Below are positions 55,999-64,000 of a stretch of DNA of 64,000 bases, piece by piece. The stretch is taken from the IMG/VR virus record IMGVR_UViG_3300011271_000002, positions 1 through 64,000 of that record; one strand, given 5' to 3'. The notes under the pieces were generated by a model. The model was not told where the DNA came from. It made no database searches and saw only the letters and a program-made list of their open reading frames with translations. Both the position numbers and the translations under genes were made by a program. Source of the DNA: a virus. Positions within the stretch are counted from its first letter, which is position 1; each line of letters opens with the position of its first letter.

Positions 55999-56218
55999 CG
56001 CGTTGTCTCCTTTGCCTGATTTCATTTCTTACGAAATTAAGTGACTCGATGTAGGCTCCCATGAAATATCTTCCGTCTTTGGTTAGAAGCCAGTTCTTGG
56101 TACGCTTTTCCGCGCCGCCAGCCAACCAAATCGATAGCCAGCCGCTCACTACCGCGACCATCGTGATCACGCTTCCGATGGCCTGAATAGCGGCGCCGAA
56201 CGATTGCCCCTGCATCAC
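55964..56218 (-). CDS. single-TM small protein (holin-like?)
   Basis: N-terminal TM, charged C-terminus. Confidence 0.45.
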   Translation of the reverse strand: MMQGQSFGAAIQAIGSVITMVAVVSGWLSIWLAGGAEKRTKNWLLTKDGRYFMGAYIESLNFVRNEIRQRRQRDDESSDANGER

Positions 56219-56285
56219 AATAATGACCGCCGAAATTAGATCTCATTAACGATACCATGAACGGAAAATATGATCGGACTTTTTA

Positions 56286-56489
56286 TCAGGGCTCATCCTC
56301 TAGTTGACTGATAAAGTTCAACTGCGAGATATCTTCCGAGAACGGGTCGCAGTCGTTGTCGTCCGGCCATTCGTCGATGGAGCCGGGAGCGTTCAGAAAG
56401 TCCGGGGCATCGGATCGTTCCTTGGGCGAGCTATCAAGCTTCACCGGCTTTCTTCCGGGCTTTCGCTTGGGGTCTGGCATGATTGTCAT
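56286..56489 (-). CDS. hypothetical protein
   Basis: ATGA overlap. Confidence 0.45.
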   Translation of the reverse strand: MTIMPDPKRKPGRKPVKLDSSPKERSDAPDFLNAPGSIDEWPDDNDCDPFSEDISQLNFISQLEDEP

Positions 56490-56692
56490 TTCCCGCTTCG
56501 CGCTCTCTCAAGTATACGCGCCGCGATTTCGCGAGCCGAACGTTTTGGCTTGGGTCCCGGCTTATCGACCCTATTGATAAGCGCATCTTTAATCATGCGC
56601 CCATGATCGAGTCTTCGCTGTTCGGACCATTTCGGATTTCGGGCCTGGAACCGTGCGAGTTTGCGGGCATAGATTTCCGATCCCTTGGCCAT
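56486..56692 (-). CDS. hypothetical basic protein
   Basis: coupled chain. Confidence 0.5.
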   Translation of the reverse strand: MAKGSEIYARKLARFQARNPKWSEQRRLDHGRMIKDALINRVDKPGPKPKRSAREIAARILERARSGK

Positions 56693-57309
56693 CAGGCCTC
56701 GCTGTCCGATGTTTCCGGCGCGTCGATCTCCTGTTCATCCGGCTCATCGGGCACGAGCGCGAGCTGGTCGCCATCGTCGGGCGGTAGAATTTCGAGGCAG
56801 ACCTCGATCCTTGGATGCTTGTGATCAACGTGAAGCCGTGTTCCGTCCCAGTGGCGAATGAGAACGTCATTCTGAATCAGACCTTTATAGACCTTGTTGT
56901 CCTTGGCCCCTGGCGGTCGCTTGTATCCGCCGGCCCTTCCTGTCGGGCAGTGACCGCCCTTGTGCGCTACCGCCGGGCATTCGCAATTAAGGCAATCCGG
57001 TTTAATCGAACTGTGCCATTCGAGGATATCCCCGAGGGCCTGCGTGAAACCGTTCCAGTCTCCGGAATTTTGCTTGCGATAGAATTGGGCCGAAATACAA
57101 ACGGGATCAGCGATCGGCATCGGAACGCCGACTGCGGCGAAGTCTTTGCGGAGTTTAGTGATGTGCGGTTTACATTCTCGGAACATGGTGGTGAAAGCTT
57201 CGCTGGGCAGGATGCGGACCATCCCACCTCTAATAATCTGACTGGCAGGAACCACGGAACTATTTTTCTTGGTTCGGGGTATGCAAGGCAAAGTGAAGCG
57301 GATTTTCAA
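56692..57309 (-). CDS. RusA-like Holliday junction resolvase
   Basis: P..P.TKKN, D..GF.QAL.DIL...GLI.ND..I, DH.HPRIEV. Confidence 0.7.
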   Translation of the reverse strand: MKIRFTLPCIPRTKKNSSVVPASQIIRGGMVRILPSEAFTTMFRECKPHITKLRKDFAAVGVPMPIADPVCISAQFYRKQNSGDWNGFTQALGDILEWHSSIKPDCLNCECPAVAHKGGHCPTGRAGGYKRPPGAKDNKVYKGLIQNDVLIRHWDGTRLHVDHKHPRIEVCLEILPPDDGDQLALVPDEPDEQEIDAPETSDSEA

Positions 57310-57569
57310 TTGGTTCCCTGGCGCAAGAGCCTGCTCCAGCCCTCCATCTCTCGAAGTCGCTGGATCGTTTGCTGGGCGAACTCTCGCTCGTTCAAGCCTA
57401 GCTCTGAAGCATTTTTAGCGGCGGATTCCCACCATTCCAGAGCTGCAAAAGCATAGCGATCATAATCTGGCACGGCATCGTTATCATTCAGCGAAGCCGT
57501 GGTCATGTGCGCTTTCATCACGATCTGCGCCTCGGGACAATGCTGCAGGATGCGCTCGCGGGCGGTCAT
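57306..57569 (-). CDS. hypothetical protein
   Basis: coupled chain. Confidence 0.5.
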   Translation of the reverse strand: MTARERILQHCPEAQIVMKAHMTTASLNDNDAVPDYDRYAFAALEWWESAAKNASELGLNEREFAQQTIQRLREMEGWSRLLRQGTN

Positions 57570-57781
57570 GTGAGTTTGATCTCCACGCCGCTGATGCTGT
57601 CATCATCGAGCAGTAGAGCGTCCTCAGCGGCCTCTTTCTTCTCCTTGGCCGCCGCAATACAGGACGTGCAGACCTGGCCGTATATTTCCTCGGAGACGAA
57701 CTTGCCCTCGGTGTTGTGGCCCTTGATCAGCGTCAGGCAATCGTGGGACGGTACTTCATGGTCGCAAATGAGGCAGATCAA
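57566..57781 (-). CDS. small zinc-binding protein
   Basis: CxxC...CxxC. Confidence 0.55.
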   Translation of the reverse strand: MICLICDHEVPSHDCLTLIKGHNTEGKFVSEEIYGQVCTSCIAAAKEKKEAAEDALLLDDDSISGVEIKLT

Positions 57782-58053
57782 TCTACAGGCTCCATGCGAT
57801 AATATCGCGCACCTTCCACATGTGACGAATCGTGGGGATTCCCTGAAAGTTCGTTCATTCGTACTATCTGTCGTGCGAATTCAGCGTGTGTCGAAGGCCC
57901 GATGCAACGCAGCGCGGTTCTGGTATCCTCCTCGTAGTAATCGCAACGATGAATCGAGCCGCGTTGGCAGTAGGCATGCATAGTCATGACCAAGAACCCC
58001 TGCTCGTTGTAAACTTGCGATGCTATTTCGTCTCCGCTCACGGCCTCACCCAT
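57778..58053 (-). CDS. hypothetical protein
   Basis: coupled chain. Confidence 0.5.
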   Translation of the reverse strand: MGEAVSGDEIASQVYNEQGFLVMTMHAYCQRGSIHRCDYYEEDTRTALRCIGPSTHAEFARQIVRMNELSGNPHDSSHVEGARYYRMEPVD

Positions 58054-58700
58054 AGAATCGGCTTGGCATTATCCGGCACTCGCATTCGCCCACGTGCCAT
58101 CGGGTGCAGCGGCTGGCCGGCGGAATTAACGCCGATGCAATAGAGTCGCTCATCAACATCGGCTCGATCATAGCCAGTTTCGTCCTCGTCCATGCCTGAA
58201 TAACAATACTGCTTGCCGAGAATTTCTGTCGGTTGACTGAACGCTTCCAGGCATTGCTCCAGCCACGGCTCGTTGCGCTTCACGGCCTCGGCACCGAACG
58301 CCACGATGCGGATCGAAGCCATACGCGCGAAGCGCTCGATATCCTTCAGATTGGTCTGCATATCGTCGCGAGCGGGATAGTCATCGGTCACTTGCCAGTT
58401 AGCGCGAAGCCACATTTCGGGAGGATCGCTCGTGACAAACGGATAGAGATTCACCGCGATATAGCCGCCATATCCCCAAGCCTTGCTGAAATTTATTATC
58501 CGCCTGCTAGTCGGATCCTCTTTGCTTTCGGATGCGTCCGACGGATTCAGCATCAACCACACCGCCCAGCGGCGAAGACCAACGCCATTATGCGGGCTCA
58601 ATGGACCGAGCGAACCGCCGTCCCACCAGCGCGAGAGATGCCGGCGGATCGTGCGGTCGCGCCCGAACATCGCGTCGCCATTGATTGTTGGTGCGCCCAT
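58038..58700 (-). CDS. DUF1643 domain protein
   Basis: LSRWW, MLNPS.A....DPT.R....F...WGYGG...VNLY, G.N..GQP.HP. Confidence 0.85.
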   Translation of the reverse strand: MGAPTINGDAMFGRDRTIRRHLSRWWDGGSLGPLSPHNGVGLRRWAVWLMLNPSDASESKEDPTSRRIINFSKAWGYGGYIAVNLYPFVTSDPPEMWLRANWQVTDDYPARDDMQTNLKDIERFARMASIRIVAFGAEAVKRNEPWLEQCLEAFSQPTEILGKQYCYSGMDEDETGYDRADVDERLYCIGVNSAGQPLHPMARGRMRVPDNAKPILWVRP

Positions 58701-59248
58701 TAGCCCTGCTCGGACATGAAATCCTCGGCGGACATGAAATCCTCGGCTTCGCTTGCGTTAATCATGGCGCAAGCTCTACATCCGCACTCGCCATCACACG
58801 TCTCATCGCATGATTCCGAACAGGTGCACTCCGGATCAACATCATCAACAGTAGGCGAACTGAGCGCAAAAGCCGGACCTGGCGCACGCTCGATAAGGAT
58901 TAACGGGCGCGGCGACTTCCGTTCGAGAGCCTGACGCGCCGCTTCCTCATTGCAGGGATTGATGGCGTAGAGCGCTCCTGGCGATAATAGTCTGGTCCTC
59001 GCTGGACTGGCGGCGCGTTTTACTTTGGACCCAGCCGGGCACCATTGCCGCAGGTCGTCATCCACGCTGCCATTCGCATATTCCGGAGCGGTGAGCACAA
59101 ATTCCCGCTCCGGAAGATCCGGCGTATCGACGCGAAACATGACCGCCTGACCATAGGCTTCCGTGGTGACGAAGCCGATTTCAATTTGACGGCCGAGAAG
59201 CTCAACTATAGCCCAACCCTCGAATTTATTTTGCAGATTCTCGTTCAT
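58700..59248 (-). CDS. hypothetical phage protein with Cys-rich tail
   Basis: FEGWAIVELLG....G.V...G....RVD.P; CTC..C...C.GECGC..C. Confidence 0.7.
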   Translation of the reverse strand: MNENLQNKFEGWAIVELLGRQIEIGFVTTEAYGQAVMFRVDTPDLPEREFVLTAPEYANGSVDDDLRQWCPAGSKVKRAASPARTRLLSPGALYAINPCNEEAARQALERKSPRPLILIERAPGPAFALSSPTVDDVDPECTCSESCDETCDGECGCRACAMINASEAEDFMSAEDFMSEQG

Positions 59249-59895
59249 CCTCTCCTCCTGGACTGGCCAGAACATATTCTTCTGGCGGTGCTGAAATTTA
59301 CGCCGAACAAAGTCCCAAGAGCCACGTAGCTTAGTCCTTCTATTCGTTTCTCTTTTAGGCTCTGGATCTGGCGATGATCAAGCGTGGCGGCATGATGGTT
59401 TTCGCCGAAAGGCACATTCGGAATCCTAAGTCCAGTGCGATAGGCGTGCTTCAAATTATCTGATCGGGTCAGATACTCCAGATTCAACAATTTCGGATTG
59501 CCTTTATTGCCATCCTTGTGATTCACCTCGAGTCCTTCAGGTGCGGGGCCGAGGAAGGCGCTGGCGACCAGAACGTGGACTTGAAAGTTTGTCTCGTGAT
59601 TGTCCTTGGATAATTGAACCGCTAAATATTCCGCGCACCATCCCGGTACCAGTTTACGCATGCGTCCAGTGCGAGCATTTCTGACACGGCCCATGTCGCT
59701 GACTTCATAAAGTCCTTCAAAGTCAACGACTGGTTTCCAGCGCTCTAATGCCTCTGCCAGTTTTAACGCGTTCCAGTCCTCAATGATCTTCCTGGCGCTG
59801 CATTCTAGCCCATTCACACAGTTCATGCAGATTACTGAATCGTGAAGGCGGGCGAGTTCCAGCATAGACTCGCCGGCCCAGTCTCGCGGCTCCAT
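59245..59895 (-). CDS. NUMOD4-HNH homing endonuclease
   Basis: ERWKPV..FEGLYEVSD.GRVR, VH.LVA.AFLG, VNHKDGNK.N...NLEY.T..DN. Confidence 0.9.
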   Translation of the reverse strand: MEPRDWAGESMLELARLHDSVICMNCVNGLECSARKIIEDWNALKLAEALERWKPVVDFEGLYEVSDMGRVRNARTGRMRKLVPGWCAEYLAVQLSKDNHETNFQVHVLVASAFLGPAPEGLEVNHKDGNKGNPKLLNLEYLTRSDNLKHAYRTGLRIPNVPFGENHHAATLDHRQIQSLKEKRIEGLSYVALGTLFGVNFSTARRICSGQSRRRG

Positions 59896-59897
59896 CG

Positions 59898-60440
59898 CTA
59901 AGCCTCGACTTCCGCCGTTTCGTTCTCGGCTTCGGTTTCCTCTGGGACGCTTTTCGATATCAGCCTCAATTGAGCTTCCGCTGCTTTCACGGCCGTCGCA
60001 TTGCCTGGCTGTATATCGCAATCGAATGGATCTTTTCTCATGGCGTGCATCGCCTGGTGCATGGCAGCGTCCTCGTCGATCATTGCGAAGTGAAAAGAAA
60101 TGAGACACTGCTCGTCGTTCTTGTGTTTTTTTACCACAAAGCTATCCACCTTCAACGAGCCGAATCTAAGTTCATTATCGATCTTGATTCGCCCATCCGT
60201 GGTCGCCTGTTTGGGGCGAATTATCAACGACGCCGCAACCATCTCCAAGTCAAGCCCCCAAGTTCGCACCTCGGCATCTTCTTCATTTCGGCGTTTGTAA
60301 ACCTCCTTGAGGCCCATCTGATCGGCCACCAGTTGATCGAATCGAGCGCTTACGGTTACGGTTGTAAGGCAGCTCGATCCCAATTTTAGCGTCGCGCCGC
60401 GAAAGTTCGCGTCAAGTAGTCTGATACGTTTTCTTGCCAT
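59898..60440 (-). CDS. hypothetical protein
   Basis: AAGGAG RBS. Confidence 0.65.
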   Translation of the reverse strand: MARKRIRLLDANFRGATLKLGSSCLTTVTVSARFDQLVADQMGLKEVYKRRNEEDAEVRTWGLDLEMVAASLIIRPKQATTDGRIKIDNELRFGSLKVDSFVVKKHKNDEQCLISFHFAMIDEDAAMHQAMHAMRKDPFDCDIQPGNATAVKAAEAQLRLISKSVPEETEAENETAEVEA

Positions 60441-60455
60441 GATTCTCCTTGGATT

Positions 60456-62255
60456 CTAATCGAACAAATTCCGGTCTGCCCTAACCTCGCCGCGCGGAAG
60501 TACTTCAACCAATCCTCTAGCCTTGAGCCGCTGAATGTATGCATCACGGCTGGACCGGGCATAACCAGTCGGCTCATCCAGCGAATCGCGCTGAAGCGGT
60601 TCCCCGGCAGCCGCTATCAGCAACGCCAGAATCTTGGCCTCACCGTCGGGGAGCTTGTGCTCCCAATATTCCTGTAGCGCCGAGCCGGTGGGCAGCGGCT
60701 CGAAGTCACCTAGCGCAGCGATACCTTCCGGCGTGGCCGTGATGATAGGCCCATCCTCGACGTATCCCTTTTCTCGCAGGCGCTGAATGTAGGCGTCGCG
60801 CGAGGAGCGCCTGTAGCCGGTGAGTACGCGGAGTCGATTGCGTTCGCAGCCTTCTGGATAGGTGGCGCAGGCCGTCAGCACGGCTCGTTCTCCGGGCGGG
60901 AGTTTCACATTGCCGTTATTGGCGGATGGCGGGCGCTGGCTGACCGATCGGGCCGATCGCGGCGGGATCTTTGGCGCTTGTCGGTCAAGTAAAGCTCGCG
61001 GCAAGATTGGTGGTCGTTCGATTTCTTCCGGCTGCACCGGCAGCGCCTTGTCCACAGCCGCGATCGCCAGGTTGATCGCTTCGACCGCACCTGAGCCAAG
61101 ATTCTTGATAGTGTGCGATCGATCCGCTCCACAGCGGATTTCGACATTGAGCGGCAGGGCGTCATCGATTTCGCGCTTCGCGAGCTTCAGCGTACCAACG
61201 ATCTCGCCGCGGATGCGTTTGCGCTCAGCCTTGACGCCACGTTCGTAGGCGGCGATGAGTTTCTCTTGACTCACGGCTTTGGACGGAGATGGCACTGGCG
61301 CGGCGATGCTGGCCTTGCTCGCCAATTGCTTCCTGAGCGTGGATACTTCGGCGCGGAGTTCCTTCTCTGTCGCCAGCTTCTTTTCCGATTCTCCCGGCTC
61401 AGCCAATTGTGCAAGAATCCGCTGGATTTCGGCTGGCGCAGCCGTGGGCGCAGTCATTCTGGAACCGAGTCGAGGTGATTCTGTCACTGTAGGACCGACG
61501 AATACCTCCATAACCTCATCACTGAAAGCTGGACCGAATGTATAGAAGTGTCCCTTATGGAGCCCACGAATCAACTGCTCGTCCTTCCGTCCGATGCCGA
61601 GATATCGCATCGCGCGTGCGACATCAATGTCGAGCGTTGATTTGCCGATCATCATATTATGGGCTTCAGAAATGGCGTTCTTGTCCAGCTTCGAGAGCCG
61701 CTGCGTGGCAAGGATCGGACATAGCAGCCGCTTCCGCGCTTGGGCCATCAGTGTGATGACTGAATTTCGCGACGCGGCCTCTCCCTCGCCCTTCTCGGGC
61801 GCGAACGCATGAGCTTCGTCGAGCACAACCATGCACGGGTGCCGAAGGTTCTTTGGTGCGTTAAGAAGTGCATCGATAAAGTTCTTGACGAACAGCACTC
61901 GACCGTCGGGGTTCAGTTCGTACAGATCGATAATGCACGAGACGCGCAGTTCCAAAAGTCGCAACGCCAGACTATCAGCCTTATGCGGATCGGCAGGACA
62001 ATCGCCATTCTGCCCGGCAAGCACATAGGGGAATTTCTCGCGCAAAGTGTAAAACTCGCCCTCGGGGTCGATTACGATCTGCTGCACCTGGCCGTGAGTC
62101 TGTTCAAGTATCCGGCGGATAGCGTGACTCTTTCCGCCGCCCGAAATGGCCGTTAGAACGAGCCTGGTTTCGATCAAGCGCTCGATGTCAATACGAACGT
62201 CGGCTCCTTCGACTTTGCTTATGCCATCCGTTGCTTTTCCTAGAACTGGCTTCAT
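60456..62255 (-). CDS. HerA/FtsK-family (DUF87) ATPase with C-terminal winged helices
   Basis: AISGGGKS, IDPEGE, VVLDEAH, ARKR, ATQR; two repeats of TGY.RSSRDAYIQRL. Confidence 0.85.
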   Translation of the reverse strand: MKPVLGKATDGISKVEGADVRIDIERLIETRLVLTAISGGGKSHAIRRILEQTHGQVQQIVIDPEGEFYTLREKFPYVLAGQNGDCPADPHKADSLALRLLELRVSCIIDLYELNPDGRVLFVKNFIDALLNAPKNLRHPCMVVLDEAHAFAPEKGEGEAASRNSVITLMAQARKRLLCPILATQRLSKLDKNAISEAHNMMIGKSTLDIDVARAMRYLGIGRKDEQLIRGLHKGHFYTFGPAFSDEVMEVFVGPTVTESPRLGSRMTAPTAAPAEIQRILAQLAEPGESEKKLATEKELRAEVSTLRKQLASKASIAAPVPSPSKAVSQEKLIAAYERGVKAERKRIRGEIVGTLKLAKREIDDALPLNVEIRCGADRSHTIKNLGSGAVEAINLAIAAVDKALPVQPEEIERPPILPRALLDRQAPKIPPRSARSVSQRPPSANNGNVKLPPGERAVLTACATYPEGCERNRLRVLTGYRRSSRDAYIQRLREKGYVEDGPIITATPEGIAALGDFEPLPTGSALQEYWEHKLPDGEAKILALLIAAAGEPLQRDSLDEPTGYARSSRDAYIQRLKARGLVEVLPRGEVRADRNLFD

Positions 62256-62623
62256 TTGCGTTCCTGCCCGCTGGCGGCTGGCAGCAGAAACCGTGCATCG
62301 ATCTGCCGCTGCGACTCTGTCCGCGCCGGAATGTCGGCGGAGAATTCGTAATTCACGCTCTCGCGCGGCTTCGGCGCACATTTACTGCACCAGGGCAACA
62401 GATCGAGAATCGGCCCGCTCATCGGGATTATTTCACTGTGCGGGTTCGGGCGCTTGATCAGATAGGTGCAATTCGGATTCGCGTGGAGATGCCCGACGTT
62501 GACGTGGTGATTCTCCGCGTCGTACAGCCCGCCAGGACCGTGCGCCTGCACTACCGTCAGCCGGGCCCAGGCTCGGGCAAATGGCGCTGGCGTTCGACTG
62601 GCTGGAGTCACAGACCGGCTCAC
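62252..62623 (-). CDS. hypothetical protein
   Basis: coupled chain. Confidence 0.45.
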   Translation of the reverse strand: MSRSVTPASRTPAPFARAWARLTVVQAHGPGGLYDAENHHVNVGHLHANPNCTYLIKRPNPHSEIIPMSGPILDLLPWCSKCAPKPRESVNYEFSADIPARTESQRQIDARFLLPAASGQERK

Positions 62624-62895
62624 CTAATCCTCCGGATGCTTATCTTTTTAGTTCCGTCCGGCAACGTCTCGATTATCTCGGACATCGCGAACGTCTCGTC
62701 GGTCTTGAGGATGTTCAAGGCGCGGATCTGCTTGTCGGACGGAGAGTAATAATCCTCCAACAAGGCAGACGTGCAGTGCAGATCATCATCAAGACCGAAA
62801 TCGGCGATAAGGGAAATCTTGTGCTTTTTGCAGATGGCTAGGATCTGGGCCATCAGTGGCTCGATTTGACTGTCATATATTTCTTCTTTGCTCAT
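62620..62895 (-). CDS. hypothetical phage protein
   Basis: KEEIYD.QI.PLMAQI..ICK.H.I motif. Confidence 0.7.
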   Translation of the reverse strand: MSKEEIYDSQIEPLMAQILAICKKHKISLIADFGLDDDLHCTSALLEDYYSPSDKQIRALNILKTDETFAMSEIIETLPDGTKKISIRRIR

Positions 62896-63359
62896 GAATG
62901 GCACCCAAGAATCTCTTTCGCCCTATCTACCGCTTGATCGGTCATGGAAACCAATTGCACGAGTGGGCTAGACGCGTCCACTCTCCGATCACGAAGATGT
63001 GAGCAGCAAGCGAAGTGGCGGCGGCGCTCAGATTTAAGATAGTATTGGCATTTTCGGCAAACTGATCGCGGGACGTAAAAGACGAGTCGTTGTCCTTCGC
63101 GTCGCGAGAACATCGGGTATTTTCCACGACACAGTTCTTGAGCTTCGCAGTTGGAAACCGATTCCTTCAGCGCGGCGCTGGCCTGCTTGCCATCGGCGTC
63201 GATGACCGGGTATAGCTTAATGCCGGATTTGGTAACCGCGCCCTGGTCGCAGAATGCATAGCCTGATCGCACGAAATGTATGCGCCCCAGTTTGAAGTCT
63301 CGCTGGTCACGCGCAATCGTGACCATTAGTTGTGATAGTGCGCCTTGCCTTCTAGCCAT
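62892..63359 (-). CDS. hypothetical Cys-containing protein
   Basis: coupled chain. Confidence 0.5.
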   Translation of the reverse strand: MARRQGALSQLMVTIARDQRDFKLGRIHFVRSGYAFCDQGAVTKSGIKLYPVIDADGKQASAALKESVSNCEAQELCRGKYPMFSRREGQRLVFYVPRSVCRKCQYYLKSERRRHFACCSHLRDRRVDASSPLVQLVSMTDQAVDRAKEILGCHS

Positions 63360-63366
63360 ACCAAAT

Positions 63367-64000
63367 TCAGTCTTTCTTCAGGCCAGCCTTCGCCTGCAAC
63401 TCTTCCTCAAGCCAGCGCATGAAGGCAATCTTATCGCCGCGAAACTTACCAAGGAACTCCTCGAGCTGAGGGCGATTTTGCGCGTGGCCCAAAGATTTTA
63501 GTCCAGCCTGCACGCTCTTAAATTCCTCGCTATTGAAAGCGCCAATAGAGATCCCCGTGCTGGTTCCAGATTGTGTCTGCGACTCGCCGCCGTTTGTTTG
63601 TTTCTCGGTTGACTTGTCAGTGGCTGGCGTACTGGCCCCGGTCGGCTGGCTTCCCTTTGCGTCGCCGGCAGGAGCTCCGGTTGCTCTTTTTAATTTATCC
63701 TTCAAGGACTCACTGCCTGGTTCTTCGTCCGCCCCATCCTCGGCACGTTTTGCAGCCATAACGTCGCGCCACGTTGTGTGCCCTTCCCTGATAGCTGTGT
63801 ACAGTTCACGCAAGGCGGCAAGCTCCGCAGGCGCGACCTGGCTCAATTCGGTTTCAAGATACTCCTTCAAATGGGATGGGAGAATGTTTAATTTCAGGAA
63901 CGCGTCGGCGATCTCTTTGCGTTCCGAATCTGGATCATCCTTGATCTTGGCCGCGATGGTTGTATTGATTGCCAACAGGCATTCTGCTTTCAGATCTGGG
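63367..64000 (-). CDS. partial protein, possibly a recombination/ssDNA-annealing-type phage protein
   Basis: frame open to the window edge (PDLKAECL...DPDSERKEIADAF); function is a guess. Confidence 0.5.
   Translation of the reverse strand, partial: PDLKAECLLAINTTIAAKIKDDPDSERKEIADAFLKLNILPSHLKEYLETELSQVAPAELAALRELYTAIREGHTTWRDVMAAKRAEDGADEEPGSESLKDKLKRATGAPAGDAKGSQPTGASTPATDKSTEKQTNGGESQTQSGTSTGISIGAFNSEEFKSVQAGLKSLGHAQNRPQLEEFLGKFRGDKIAFMRWLEEELQAKAGLKKD

Noticed and set aside
55964-56218. Complete lysis cassette
   Set aside because: Only a weak holin-like ORF; no endolysin or spanin was recognised in the window.
58711-58746. 18-bp tandem repeat
   Set aside because: A simple in-frame duplication (AEDFMS twice); not a CRISPR array or regulatory repeat.
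1-64000. Integrase, att sites, inteins or further mini-inserts in other genes
   Set aside because: None recognised by eye. terL, capsid, protease, TMP and tail genes read as continuous frames, though small in-frame inserts could be missed without alignments.

Overview
The whole window is a tailed dsDNA phage or prophage segment with an HK97-fold capsid and a non-contractile, siphovirus-like tail. No host housekeeping genes, integrase, tRNA or CRISPR array were recognised. Two small protein families weakly suggest an Acidobacteriota host. Layout: (i) 1-1.9 kb, minus strand, DUF5131/HNH genes; (ii) 2.5-14.3 kb, a plus-strand accessory or early cassette with a MoxR-like AAA, DUF3150-like and metallopeptidase-VWA trio, two ASCH proteins, a WGR-ATP-dependent ligase, SWIM-DnaJ, a DUF4942 methyltransferase and a clamp-loader-like AAA; (iii) a long minus-strand unit read from 64 kb down to 14.3 kb: HerA-like ATPase, RusA and small genes, a peptide plus membrane-protein pair, glycosyl/methyltransferases, the tail module, packaging HNH and cos-like region, terminases, the head module, a glycosyltransferase, ParB and ABC-GNAT. 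The most striking signal is the portal gene, whose 5' end is in three pieces. A compact ORF-less group IA2-type intron (26181-26398) lies 25 nt downstream of a 41-nt coreless insert (26424-26464). The insert carries its own guide complementary to the flanking exon junction, with the group I U-G wobble exactly at the cut site. Removing both elements restores ENPQTPLS-FPAEWLLD-IFQGGRTDSG and a 606-aa portal. This suggests a satellite mini-intron excised by the neighbouring ribozyme. All family assignments are from motif recognition by eye, not database searches.
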